Under the pieces are notes generated by a model. The model ran no database searches. It was not told the DNA's origin and saw nothing but the letters and a program-made list of their open reading frames with translations. Positions 1-8,002 of a stretch of DNA of 20,000 bases are shown piece by piece. Each line of letters opens with the position of its first letter. Position 1 is the stretch's first letter. The DNA lies in contig JAVCCP010000056.1 of NCBI GenBank assembly GCA_030765405.1, forward strand, positions 52,294 to 72,293, in the 5' to 3' direction. The position numbers were made by a program, and so were the translations under genes. This DNA is from Candidatus Ancaeobacter aquaticus. Its GTDB lineage: Bacteria > Auribacterota > Ancaeobacteria > Ancaeobacterales > Ancaeobacteraceae.

Positions 1-663
1 AATATTATTACCGTTGAAGATCCCGTTGAGTATCAGCTTCCCGGCGTTAATCAGGTGCAAGTCAAACCAGATATTGGATTTACTTTTGCGAGTGCCTTGC
101 GATCAATATTGCGACAGGATCCCAATATTGTGATGATAGGTGAAATTCGAGACCAGGAAACGGCTGATATTGCGATAAGAGCGGCGCTCACCGGGCACCT
201 TGTATTATCAACTTTACACACCAATGATGCCGCAAGTACAATCACACGGCTCAGCGATATGGGACTTGAGCCATTTTTGATATCTTCGTCGGTACTGCTT
301 GTAGCGGCACAACGGTTGGTGAGAAAAATATGTCCCGCGTGCAAAAAGGAAATAGAGATTGCAGCCGCTGTGTTGGATGTCGCACAGATTTCACATGAGG
401 GCGGGAAAAAACAGCAATTTTTTAAAGGCAAAGGATGTAGAAATTGTGGGGGGTCAGGATATGCCGGAAGAATGTCACTCATTGAGACACTTAAAGTGAC
501 CGATCCTATCCGTGAGTTAATTGCAGAAAAAACATCCGCAAAAGCGATTAAAGATCAAGCGTGTAAAGATGGAATGAAAACGTTACGAATGGTAGGGCTT
601 GATGCGGTACGAAAAGGGTTAACAACGGTTGAAGAAGTCTTAAGAGAAACATCAAAGGACTAA
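1..663 (+). CDS. pilB: Type IV pilus assembly ATPase PilB (GspE/PulE family), C-terminal part; 5' end lies outside the window
   Basis: Frame is open from base 1 ([11 protein letters not shown], Asp box). Walker [16 protein letters not shown], His box [13 protein letters not shown], tetracysteine Zn motif CPAC...CRNC. Directly upstream of pilC. Confidence 0.95.
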   Translation, partial: NIITVEDPVEYQLPGVNQVQVKPDIGFTFASALRSILRQDPNIVMIGEIRDQETADIAIRAALTGHLVLSTLHTNDAASTITRLSDMGLEPFLISSSVLLVAAQRLVRKICPACKKEIEIAAAVLDVAQISHEGGKKQQFFKGKGCRNCGGSGYAGRMSLIETLKVTDPIRELIAEKTSAKAIKDQACKDGMKTLRMVGLDAVRKGLTTVEEVLRETSKD

Positions 664-677
664 TGTAAGGTGTATAT

Positions 678-1877
678 ATGCCATTATATGATTATAAAGC
701 AAAAGATAAGATAGGAAATGAGATTACAGGCACCATTGAATCTCAATCAGAAAAAACAGCGATAGATATTCTCCGGGACAAGAATATATTTGTCGTTACT
801 ATCTCGTCAGGGGACAAAAAGAGGCCTGTTAAAAGAGGAAAAAAAGTTAAGCGCGCAGATATTGTAACTTTTTCTCGTCAGCTTTCCACAATGGCAAATG
901 CCGGACTTCCCATTCTTGAATCACTTAATATCCTGCATAACCAATCAGAGAATCAGGGTATGCAGGATATGTTGCAGGCGATTACGCGTAAAGTAGAGTC
1001 TGGATACAGTTTGTCGGAAGCGTTTAGAATGCATGAGAAAGTGTTCGGGTCACTTTTTGTTAATATGGTTAATGCCGGTGAATCGAGCGGGAAATTACCG
1101 ACGATATTAAAGAGAGTTGCAAGCTATATGGAATCTGTTGATAAAATGAACCGTAAGATAAAATCAGCGATGATGTATCCAACGATCGTTACCGGGGCAT
1201 GTCTTTGTATTACATTGTTTCTTATAATAAAAGTTATTCCGGTATTTGAGGAGATGTATGCGGATTTTGGGGGGACGCTGCCGGCTCCGACACAAGTACT
1301 GATCGCATTCAGTAATTTCTTAAGAGAATGGTCTATTCTGTTTATCATCGGGGTAGTGGCCATTTTTTTTATAATGAGGAAATTGCTGCGGACAGAAATG
1401 GGACAAGTGGTGTTTGACACGTTTAAATTAAAGGTGCCGGTATTCGGTCTTTTGATAAAGAAAGTAGTCATATCGCGTTTTGCAAAGACGCTGTCGGTTT
1501 TGGTTGAGAGCGGCATACCAATTTTACAGGCATTAGATATTATTAAAGGCGTTGTTGGAAATAAAGTTGTTGAGGCTGCGGTTGATAAGACAACAAAAGC
1601 TGTGCGTGAAGGAGAAAGCATAGCCGTGCCCCTTTCAACGTGTCCGGTGTTTCCCATAATGGTTGTTAAGATGATAGAAGTCGGTGAGAAGACAGGTAAC
1701 CTTGAAGAGATGTTAGAAAAAATGTCTGAATACTATGATGATGAAGTTGACGCGGCGGTAATGGGGCTTACCTCGATTATTGAGCCGCTTCTCATGGTTG
1801 TTCTTGGCGTTGTTATCGGTGGTATTGTGATCTGTATGTTCTTGCCAATATTTAAGATCTCCACAATGATTCACTGA
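678..1877 (+). CDS. pilC: Type IV pilus inner-membrane platform protein PilC (GspF family)
   Basis: 399 aa. FSRQLSTMANAGLPI, VNAGESSGKL, SAMMYP and IEVGEKTGNLEEML motifs; two GspF repeats with transmembrane segments. Confidence 0.95.
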   Translation: MPLYDYKAKDKIGNEITGTIESQSEKTAIDILRDKNIFVVTISSGDKKRPVKRGKKVKRADIVTFSRQLSTMANAGLPILESLNILHNQSENQGMQDMLQAITRKVESGYSLSEAFRMHEKVFGSLFVNMVNAGESSGKLPTILKRVASYMESVDKMNRKIKSAMMYPTIVTGACLCITLFLIIKVIPVFEEMYADFGGTLPAPTQVLIAFSNFLREWSILFIIGVVAIFFIMRKLLRTEMGQVVFDTFKLKVPVFGLLIKKVVISRFAKTLSVLVESGIPILQALDIIKGVVGNKVVEAAVDKTTKAVREGESIAVPLSTCPVFPIMVVKMIEVGEKTGNLEEMLEKMSEYYDDEVDAAVMGLTSIIEPLLMVVLGVVIGGIVICMFLPIFKISTMIH

Positions 1878-1893
1878 TAAGTGTTACTGAAAG

Positions 1894-3516
1894 GTGATGT
1901 TTTTAGGGGGCTGTATAAATACATCTATTGATAAAAAGCTTAGGAATATAAAAATACTTATAGCGGTACGGCTGCTTTTTATTACGGTAGCGTTATTACT
2001 TGCTGTTTTTCTTTTAAAAATCCAACCCGCACCTTTTTACTATGTTATAGCAATAGTCTATGTCCTTTCTTTTTTCTATCTTTTTCTGTTTGTTAAGAAA
2101 AAGTGGACTTCTTTTGCGGTATATCTTCAGTTAGTCGTTGACGTGATTATTGAGACAGCACTTATACATTTTACCGGTGGAGTAGACAGTTTTTTTGCTT
2201 TCCTGTACATTCCGACGATCGTGTGTGCGAGTTTTATGATGTCTGAACGGGGCGCGGGAATTATCACCGGTATTGTAATACTGTGCTATAGCTTTTTGGT
2301 TACCGGGGAATATTATCATGTTATTCCTACAAAGTTTTCCCCGTGGAGCTCGTATACGCAAGGCGGGCTTGTTGTTCTCTATGTTGTCTCGTTTCGTATG
2401 GTCATTCTTGGTTTTGCCGGTTATCTGAGTATTCACCTTAACAAACTGTTGAGCGATAGAACAAAAGAACTCTATCAGGTAAAAAATCTCAGCGAACGGG
2501 TTTTCGAGGCGATGTTTGGAGGAGTCATTACTGTTGATAAGAATGACACTATTCAATATGCGAATAGTTCCGCGGCAGAGATTTTACAGGTAACGATAGA
2601 ATCAATAATTGGTAAGGATTGGAGAGATATATTTAAAATTAGTGACGAGAAAATGTCACTAGATGAGCATGAATCATTATTCCAAATGAATGTACCGGTA
2701 ACCGTCGGTGATACGGAATTAAAAGTTTTCAAAATACATATATCCTATCTCTATGATGAAAACAAACAGCATACGGGCAAAGTGATACTGTTTTCAGATG
2801 TTACGGAAGTATTAGAATTAAAAAGAAAAGTAAAGCAAAGTGAGAAATTGGTAATTATGGGTGAACTAGCAAGCGGTATGGCTCATGAGATCAGAAATCC
2901 ATTAGCCTCAATTTGTGGTTCTATAGAGCTTCTCAAAGAACAGGATGCGTTCGATAATAAAAATGTCAATTTAGCAAATGTCATACTTAAAGAATCAGGA
3001 CATTTAAATAAGTTGATCGAAGAATTTCTGTATTATTCTAAAGGGAAACCTGAGAACGAACGAAACTGGAATTTAAACAGTATCGTATTTGATACGATTA
3101 ATCTTATAAGAATGTCTTTACAGTTGCCAACTAATATCCGTGTTGAGATTGAAACACAAGACGATACTATTACCGTGTTTGTAGATGCAGATCAGATTAA
3201 ACAGGTGCTCATTAATTTGATCAATAATGCCGTTGATGTGTTCGTTGATTCCGGGGTAGTTACTATCCGTACAGCACTGATTCCAAAAGAAGGTAAAGTC
3301 TTTGCGCAGATAAAAGTAGAAGATAATGGTCCGGGAATATCAAAAGATGTTGCCGGAAGGATTTTTGATCCTTTTTACAGTACAAAGAAGAACGGGTACG
3401 GAATAGGTCTTGCGATTTGTCAGTCTATTATAGAACGCCATAACGGAAAAATCGAAGTGGAGAGTTTGTTAGGGCAAGGGACAATATTTACAATACTTTT
3501 ACCTGTTGCAAAATAA
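1894..3516 (+). CDS. pilS: PilS-like membrane sensor histidine kinase (about 6 TM helices, PAS, HisKA, HATPase)
   Basis: Hydrophobic N-terminal third, PAS-like region, H-box AHEIRNPL, N-box NLINNA, G1 DNGPGI, G2 GYGIGLAI. Position between pilC and a sigma54 activator matches the pilC-pilS-pilR-pilA order of Myxococcus/Geobacter. Confidence 0.85.
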   Translation: MMFLGGCINTSIDKKLRNIKILIAVRLLFITVALLLAVFLLKIQPAPFYYVIAIVYVLSFFYLFLFVKKKWTSFAVYLQLVVDVIIETALIHFTGGVDSFFAFLYIPTIVCASFMMSERGAGIITGIVILCYSFLVTGEYYHVIPTKFSPWSSYTQGGLVVLYVVSFRMVILGFAGYLSIHLNKLLSDRTKELYQVKNLSERVFEAMFGGVITVDKNDTIQYANSSAAEILQVTIESIIGKDWRDIFKISDEKMSLDEHESLFQMNVPVTVGDTELKVFKIHISYLYDENKQHTGKVILFSDVTEVLELKRKVKQSEKLVIMGELASGMAHEIRNPLASICGSIELLKEQDAFDNKNVNLANVILKESGHLNKLIEEFLYYSKGKPENERNWNLNSIVFDTINLIRMSLQLPTNIRVEIETQDDTITVFVDADQIKQVLINLINNAVDVFVDSGVVTIRTALIPKEGKVFAQIKVEDNGPGISKDVAGRIFDPFYSTKKNGYGIGLAICQSIIERHNGKIEVESLLGQGTIFTILLPVAK

Positions 3517-3524
3517 GGTTCTTA

Positions 3525-3689
3525 GGGGTTGTGAAATAATAATGTCCCTAATTGGGGGGCTTAGATTTGAGTCGTATGCAAGGCGTGACGACGCTGGCGT
3601 ACCCTCTGCGGTACGTTAAGGAGGAGCAACGAAGCAGACGGCCAAAGATGAGTCTCCAAATTGTGTGGATATTATTTTGTCACAACCCC
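3525..3689. mobile_element. 165-bp MITE-like non-autonomous element with 23-bp terminal inverted repeats and TTA target-site duplication
   Basis: Left TIR GGGGTTGTGAAATAATAATGTCC (3525-3547). Right TIR GGATATTATTTTGTCACAACCCC (3667-3689). 20/23 match. TTA flanks both ends (3522-3524, 3690-3692). Internal hairpin CGTACC/GGTACG. No transposase ORF. Confidence 0.8.
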
Positions 3690-3705
3690 TTAGTATAGTT
3701 ATTAT
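3677..3705 (+). promoter_or_regulatory. Putative sigma70-type hybrid promoter for pilR
   Basis: TTGTCA (3677-3682, inside the MITE right TIR), 17-nt spacer, TATTAT (3700-3705, outside the MITE). RBS GGAGG precedes ATG 3748. Confidence 0.5.
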
Positions 3706-3747
3706 GCGGTTAATATGAGTAGCACAGAGAGATTTTATGGAGGAGTT

Positions 3748-5115
3748 ATGTCTGGAAGTAAAATACTGGTAGTTGATAATGATAAAAGCATGGTTGAAGT
3801 GATATCGGCAACCCTTGAGACAGAAGCATATGAAATATGTACGGCATATAGCGGTCATGATGCCATTGATAAAGTAAAAAAGGAACGACCTGAGCTGGTT
3901 GTCACTGATCTTAAGATGACCGATATGAGCGGCATTGAAGTCTTAAAAGAAGTAAAAAAAATTGATCCGGAAATCGTTGTCGTTATTGTAACAGCATTTG
4001 CTTCAGTACAGACAGCGTTAGACGCAATGAAGGAGGGTGCTCACGATTACGTAGTAAAACCATTTAAGCTTGATGAATTACGCCTTGTGGTAAAAAGGGG
4101 ATTTGATGTTAAAAAAATTAAAGAAGAAAATATTTATTTAAAGAAAGAGCTCAGAGAACGCTACAGTTTTAAAAATATTGTTGGAAAGAGTCCTGAGATT
4201 ATGGATCTTTTTGATATGATAAAGAAGGTCTCTGATCTTGATACAACGGTACTGGTTGAAGGTGAAAGCGGCACGGGAAAAGAGTTGGTCGCGCGAGAAA
4301 TACATTACAATAGTGTCAGAAGTGATAAACCTTTTGTTGCAATAAATTGCGGGGCAATACCGGAAGGCATCCTTGAAAGCGAGTTGTTTGGACATGTTAA
4401 GGGCGCCTATACCGGTGCGGTGAGCACAAAACACGGTCTTTTCCAGGAAGCAAGCGAAGGAACACTTTTCTTAGATGAAATTGGGGGAATGAGTCAAGCA
4501 ATACAGGTCAGTTTGCTGAGAGTGCTGCAAGACAAAGAAATAAGACCGGTAGGAGACTCAAAAAGCGTTAAAGTAAACGTACGTATTATAGCCGCAACGA
4601 ATGAGGATCTTTCAGAAAAAGTAAAGGCTGGTACGTTTAGAGAAGATTTGTTTTATCGTTTGAGCGTTATTCCTATTAATATTCCTCCGTTACGAGAGCG
4701 CAGAGATGATATAGAGCTTTTGGTAAAACATATCATGGATAAAATCAATAGTGCCAGGAAAACCAATCTATCTATTCCTGACGAGACGTTGCAGGCTTTA
4801 AAGCGCTATATTTGGCCGGGGAATGTACGGGAGCTTGAAAATGTTTTGGAACGGGCAATGTCTTTGTGTGATACAACAAGTATTGAGTTAAGTGATCTTC
4901 CCGATACTATTCGTGCAGCAAAAGAGTTTACAGATGCTGACCATGAAGCAGATCCTTCACTGAATGAATATTTATCAACAGCCGAAAAAAAACATATTGA
5001 GAGTATCTTGATAGAAGTAAGCTGGAACAAGAAACTAGCTGTTGAATTATTGGGGATAAGTTTAGCGTCGCTATACAGGAAGATTGATGAGCTAGGTATA
5101 TCAAGCAAGAAGTAA
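3748..5115 (+). CDS. pilR: PilR-like sigma54-dependent response regulator (receiver, AAA+, Fis-type HTH)
   Basis: Receiver VVTDLKM with TA and KP; Walker A GESGTGKE; GAYTGA; Walker B FLDEIG; REDLFYRL; WPGNVRELEN; C-terminal HTH. Start moved from 3715 to ATG 3748, which has a GGAGG RBS. Confidence 0.9.
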   Translation: MSGSKILVVDNDKSMVEVISATLETEAYEICTAYSGHDAIDKVKKERPELVVTDLKMTDMSGIEVLKEVKKIDPEIVVVIVTAFASVQTALDAMKEGAHDYVVKPFKLDELRLVVKRGFDVKKIKEENIYLKKELRERYSFKNIVGKSPEIMDLFDMIKKVSDLDTTVLVEGESGTGKELVAREIHYNSVRSDKPFVAINCGAIPEGILESELFGHVKGAYTGAVSTKHGLFQEASEGTLFLDEIGGMSQAIQVSLLRVLQDKEIRPVGDSKSVKVNVRIIAATNEDLSEKVKAGTFREDLFYRLSVIPINIPPLRERRDDIELLVKHIMDKINSARKTNLSIPDETLQALKRYIWPGNVRELENVLERAMSLCDTTSIELSDLPDTIRAAKEFTDADHEADPSLNEYLSTAEKKHIESILIEVSWNKKLAVELLGISLASLYRKIDELGISSKK

Positions 5116-5146
5116 GCAAAGTGTGTATACGGAAACGGAAAAGGTG

Positions 5147-5180
5147 AAAAGCGTCCCGATGGATTGGGGCGCTTTTTTTA
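5147..5180 (+). terminator. Intrinsic terminator after pilR
   Basis: Stem AAAAGCGTCCC / GGGGCGCTTTT (one G-U pair), 8-nt loop, T-run ending at 5179. Confidence 0.8.
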
Positions 5181-5186
5181 TTGGTA

Positions 5187-5235
5187 TTTTCTCAAAAATG
5201 AGAAAAATATACGAAAATTTCTTATTTTTGACAAA
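5187..5235. promoter_or_regulatory. Two candidate upstream activator sequences (enhancer sites) for PilR
   Basis: Perfect palindrome TTTTCTCA-AAAA-TGAGAAAA (5187-5206) and degenerate copy TTTCTTA-TTTT-TGACAAA (5218-5235). Centres 30 bp apart, about 130-160 bp upstream of the predicted sigma54 start site. Confidence 0.6.
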
Positions 5236-5332
5236 TATGTTCAAAATAAAAAAGAATGTATGGAAAAATATAAAGAGCACTACATATTTATAATAAGAAG
5301 CTTATATATAATTTGCACCTTATTTGGTCTTT

Positions 5333-5347
5333 TGGCATGAATAATGC
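5333..5347 (+). promoter_or_regulatory. sigma54 (-24/-12) promoter of the pilin operon
   Basis: TGGCATG-AATA-ATGC fits TGGCACG-N4-TTGC with correct GG/GC spacing; lies between a sigma54 activator gene and the pilin. Predicted +1 near 5359. Confidence 0.8.
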
Positions 5348-5378
5348 GAACATAAGTGATATGTATTGGAGGTATATG

Positions 5379-5474
5379 ATGGAAAGAAAAGCATGTGAAT
5401 TAAGGGAAAGGGGGAAATTGGAGTTGTTCAACATATGGAACTGTGGGAAGTCCCACAAAAGTCTAAAACAGTAA
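5379..5474 (+). CDS. Putative 31-aa upstream ORF in the pilin leader (MERKACELRERGKLELFNIWNCGKSHKSLKQ)
   Basis: GGAGGT (5368-5373) lies 5 nt before ATG 5379, just downstream of the predicted +1; stop at 5472-5474, 22 nt before the pilin ATG. No homology evidence. Confidence 0.35.
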   Translation: MERKACELRERGKLELFNIWNCGKSHKSLKQ

Positions 5475-5496
5475 CTAAAAACGAAAGGGGGAGGTT

Positions 5497-5850
5497 ATGT
5501 TTAGGAGATTGAGGAAGTCAAAAGGTTTTACGTTGGTTGAGATCATGATTGTTGTTGCGATTATTGGACTACTTGCAGCAATCGCAATACCGAATCTGAT
5601 CAAAGCTCGTACTATGGCTCGTACAAATGCATGTCTCAATAATCTGAGATTAATTGAACATGCAACGGAACAAGCCGGATTAGAGCTTGGTACAGCTTCA
5701 GCAGCAACACCGGCAGTAGCAACAGTGAATAGTTACATCAAAGGCGGAGCCCCGACATGTCCAAGCGGCGGAGCATATACGTATCCGGCGTTAGGAGGAA
5801 ATGCGAGCTGTGGCACACATGGCACTGTAGCAGTGCCGGTCCAAGGGTAA
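5497..5850 (+). CDS. pilA: Major type IVa pilin
   Basis: Class III signal MFRRLRKSKG|FTLVEIMIVVAIIGLLAAIAIP with E5 and P22; strong RBS GGGGGAGG; first full gene after the sigma54 promoter; followed by a stable hairpin. Confidence 0.9.
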   Translation: MFRRLRKSKGFTLVEIMIVVAIIGLLAAIAIPNLIKARTMARTNACLNNLRLIEHATEQAGLELGTASAATPAVATVNSYIKGGAPTCPSGGAYTYPALGGNASCGTHGTVAVPVQG

Positions 5851-5875
5851 CTATTGTATGATTGCATAGTATGGG

Positions 5876-5901
5876 TAAGGGCGGTTATTGTACCGCCCTT
5901 A
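5876..5901 (+). terminator. Stem-loop after pilA (stabiliser or partial terminator)
   Basis: Perfect 10-bp stem TAAGGGCGGT / ACCGCCCTTA, 6-nt loop, no immediate U-tract. Confidence 0.6.
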
Positions 5902-5932
5902 TCATGCACTTTTAAATGAGGGGTTTTGTACT

Positions 5933-6307
5933 ATGAGACGTGAAAGCGGAGTGACATTTTTGGAGCTGATGGTGGCTATTACTATTGTCCTGATAGCTTC
6001 AGGAGCGATCTTAATAAGCCTTACGTTTGCCGGAAAAATTGCGCAGCATAATCTTAATAAGACAGTGGCCATAAATTTAATAACTGAGAAGCTGGAAGAA
6101 ATTAAATCAGATACCTATAGTGGTGTTACGGCGGAAAACTATCCATTGGAACCCAATCTACCCGTAGGCACAAATCCTATTGGGTTTAATCGTTCAGTAA
6201 CAATTATCACAGGAAGTTATAAAACCATAACGGTTACGGTGACGTGGAATCAGCTTGGATCGCCTTTTGTAGAGACCGAATCAATTTCAACGGTTATTAC
6301 CCAGTAG
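5933..6307 (+). CDS. Minor pilin (PilV/GspI-like)
   Basis: MRRESG|VTFLELMVAITIVLIA prepilin motif with E5; RBS GAGGGG. Start corrected from 5888. Confidence 0.85.
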   Translation: MRRESGVTFLELMVAITIVLIASGAILISLTFAGKIAQHNLNKTVAINLITEKLEEIKSDTYSGVTAENYPLEPNLPVGTNPIGFNRSVTIITGSYKTITVTVTWNQLGSPFVETESISTVITQ

Positions 6308-6321
6308 GAAAGAGGGCCCAA

Positions 6322-6843
6322 ATGGTTAGTAAAACTACATACGATAATACAAAAGGGAAAACAGGGGTACAGAACCTGTTATCGTATAGGGGTTTTACGT
6401 TAATTGAGGTAATAATGTCAGTGGGGATACTTGTTATTGTGTCCGCCGGCATATATTCAGTTTACTTTACGTCGCAAGGCCTTATGTTTGCAGCAGCAGC
6501 CAAGTCGCATGCAGTGGTTGAAGCGAGTTTAACAGCAGAAAAAATTGATCGATACATCAGGGGGTGTACGAGTGCATCAGTTTCAGGTGATCAGTTGGAT
6601 TTAGATGTTAACAAGCGTATTTGGCTGGATGGTAATACATTAAAATATTTAGTGGACGGCGCTGAAGTTGATTTAGTAGATAATGTTGAAAAAGTCGTCG
6701 GTGTACCTTTATTCAATATTCCTCTGGCTAATCCTGATAGGGTACAAATAAATTTTGGAATTGGATCTGATTATGATTTTGTTGAAACCCAGACAGTAGA
6801 GATTAGAACTGAGGTAAAATTAAGAAATTATGTTGCGCCATGA
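6322..6843 (+). CDS. Minor pilin (PilW/GspJ-like) with a 24-aa leader
   Basis: ...SYRG|FTLIEVIMSVGILVIV prepilin motif; RBS AGAGGG before ATG 6322; C-terminal LRTEVKLRN-like strand. Start corrected from 6244. Confidence 0.85.
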   Translation: MVSKTTYDNTKGKTGVQNLLSYRGFTLIEVIMSVGILVIVSAGIYSVYFTSQGLMFAAAAKSHAVVEASLTAEKIDRYIRGCTSASVSGDQLDLDVNKRIWLDGNTLKYLVDGAEVDLVDNVEKVVGVPLFNIPLANPDRVQINFGIGSDYDFVETQTVEIRTEVKLRNYVAP

Positions 6844-6889
6844 TGTCATTGACAAAAGTATCGATAAGAGAAGAAGGACGGTGGTATAT

Positions 6890-7945
6890 ATGAAAAGTGC
6901 CCGATTATACAGAGGAAGCGCATTAGTGGGTGGTGCACTTTTTGTTCTTATAATGTCATTCATTGTAGGGAATTATATGATCTTTGTATCAAGCGGTAGC
7001 ATGCAGGTGAAAAATATAAACGATACGGTAAAGGTATTTTATATAGCTGAAGCGGGTTTGCAGAGGAATATATACGAGCTGAAAAATGGTGGCTCATCAC
7101 CTGTTTCCGATTCATTAGGTGACGGTTCGTATCAGGTTACCTACTCCGGGACAGGGACGACTACCATAACCTCCGTGGGAACGTTTAATAACTCTTCACG
7201 AACAGTAAGTATGAACGTTAATGTTCGTCGGATACCTAATATAAACGGTGCTGCGACAGTGTATAGTGATGTTGGAACAACGGGTAATATTACGATTGAT
7301 GGTAGAGATCATGACATAACAGGTGCTTTAACAGGTGATCCCGGAACCTATGGGTTAAGTACGTCCGGAGAGTTTAATCAACAAGGCAGTTCTCAACTTG
7401 GCGGGAGCGGTATAGCCCCTGCAAGTCCTGCTGAAGAAGGCTCATATGATGAAGATCCTCTCATAATAGATGAGGTTGACCTAAACAATGATGAAATTAT
7501 TGACCCGTGGGAAATATTAAATGTATCTGAAGACTGGTATACAGATAATATTCAAGAGACGCTTATAGAACCAACAAACTTTTCTGGCATGTACCGGTAC
7601 GATCCGCCAGGGGGGACGTGGACTGGCATTAACCTTGGAGTATCTTCCGGGCTTTTAATTGTGCATAATGACACCTATACTGCAACCATGAAAAATATTA
7701 CTGGTATCTTTGTGGGTTTGATAATAGCCGATCAGGTAACGCATGTTACCGGGAGTGCTATGATTATTGGGGCGATTGTTACACTTAATCAGACGGGTAA
7801 TTTTTTCGGCATGGGAGATGCTTATATCGGATACAGTTCTGAGGCATTGAGTAATGTCGGAGATTTATTAGAAGATGGGGGAGCGGATTTAGACGCATGG
7901 ACTACGTCAGTCTCTGTTCAAACAGGAAGCTGGAGTGAATTATAA
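6890..7945 (+). CDS. pilX: PilX/GspK-like minor pilin with a long Gly/Thr/Asp-rich C-terminal extension
   Basis: RG|SALVGGALFVLIM (no E5, as in PilX/GspK), AFYIAEAG-like motif VFYIAEAGLQR, SVGTFNNSSRTV strand, then about 220 extra residues. Start likely ATG 6890 (ORF track gives 6830). Confidence 0.75.
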   Translation: MKSARLYRGSALVGGALFVLIMSFIVGNYMIFVSSGSMQVKNINDTVKVFYIAEAGLQRNIYELKNGGSSPVSDSLGDGSYQVTYSGTGTTTITSVGTFNNSSRTVSMNVNVRRIPNINGAATVYSDVGTTGNITIDGRDHDITGALTGDPGTYGLSTSGEFNQQGSSQLGGSGIAPASPAEEGSYDEDPLIIDEVDLNNDEIIDPWEILNVSEDWYTDNIQETLIEPTNFSGMYRYDPPGGTWTGINLGVSSGLLIVHNDTYTATMKNITGIFVGLIIADQVTHVTGSAMIIGAIVTLNQTGNFFGMGDAYIGYSSEALSNVGDLLEDGGADLDAWTTSVSVQTGSWSEL

Positions 7946-8002
7946 TATATATCTGTTATTTATGGGTAAGGTGCATAAACACTTTTTACAAAGAGATCGG
8001 GC

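Noticed and set aside
3616..3858. 80-aa minus-strand ORF spanning the MITE and the pilR start
   Set aside because: Overlaps pilR in antisense and non-coding MITE DNA; no transposase motif.
5400..5496. c-di-GMP-I (GEMM) riboswitch in the pilin leader
   Set aside because: There is a hairpin followed by AAAAG, but the GNRA tetraloop/receptor pair and the second stem of the GEMM consensus are not recognisable.
5497..5850. Electrically conductive (e-pilus) pilin
   Set aside because: Mature pilin is 107 aa with only F1, three Tyr and two His; it lacks the short length and aromatic density of Geobacter-type e-pilins.
5888..6889. Longer ORF-track starts for the minor pilins (5888, 6244, 6830), and also 3715, 8634, 15155, 17755, 19230
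   Set aside because: Downstream starts have better RBS spacing, avoid overlap with upstream genes or hairpins, and give normal leader or signal lengths.
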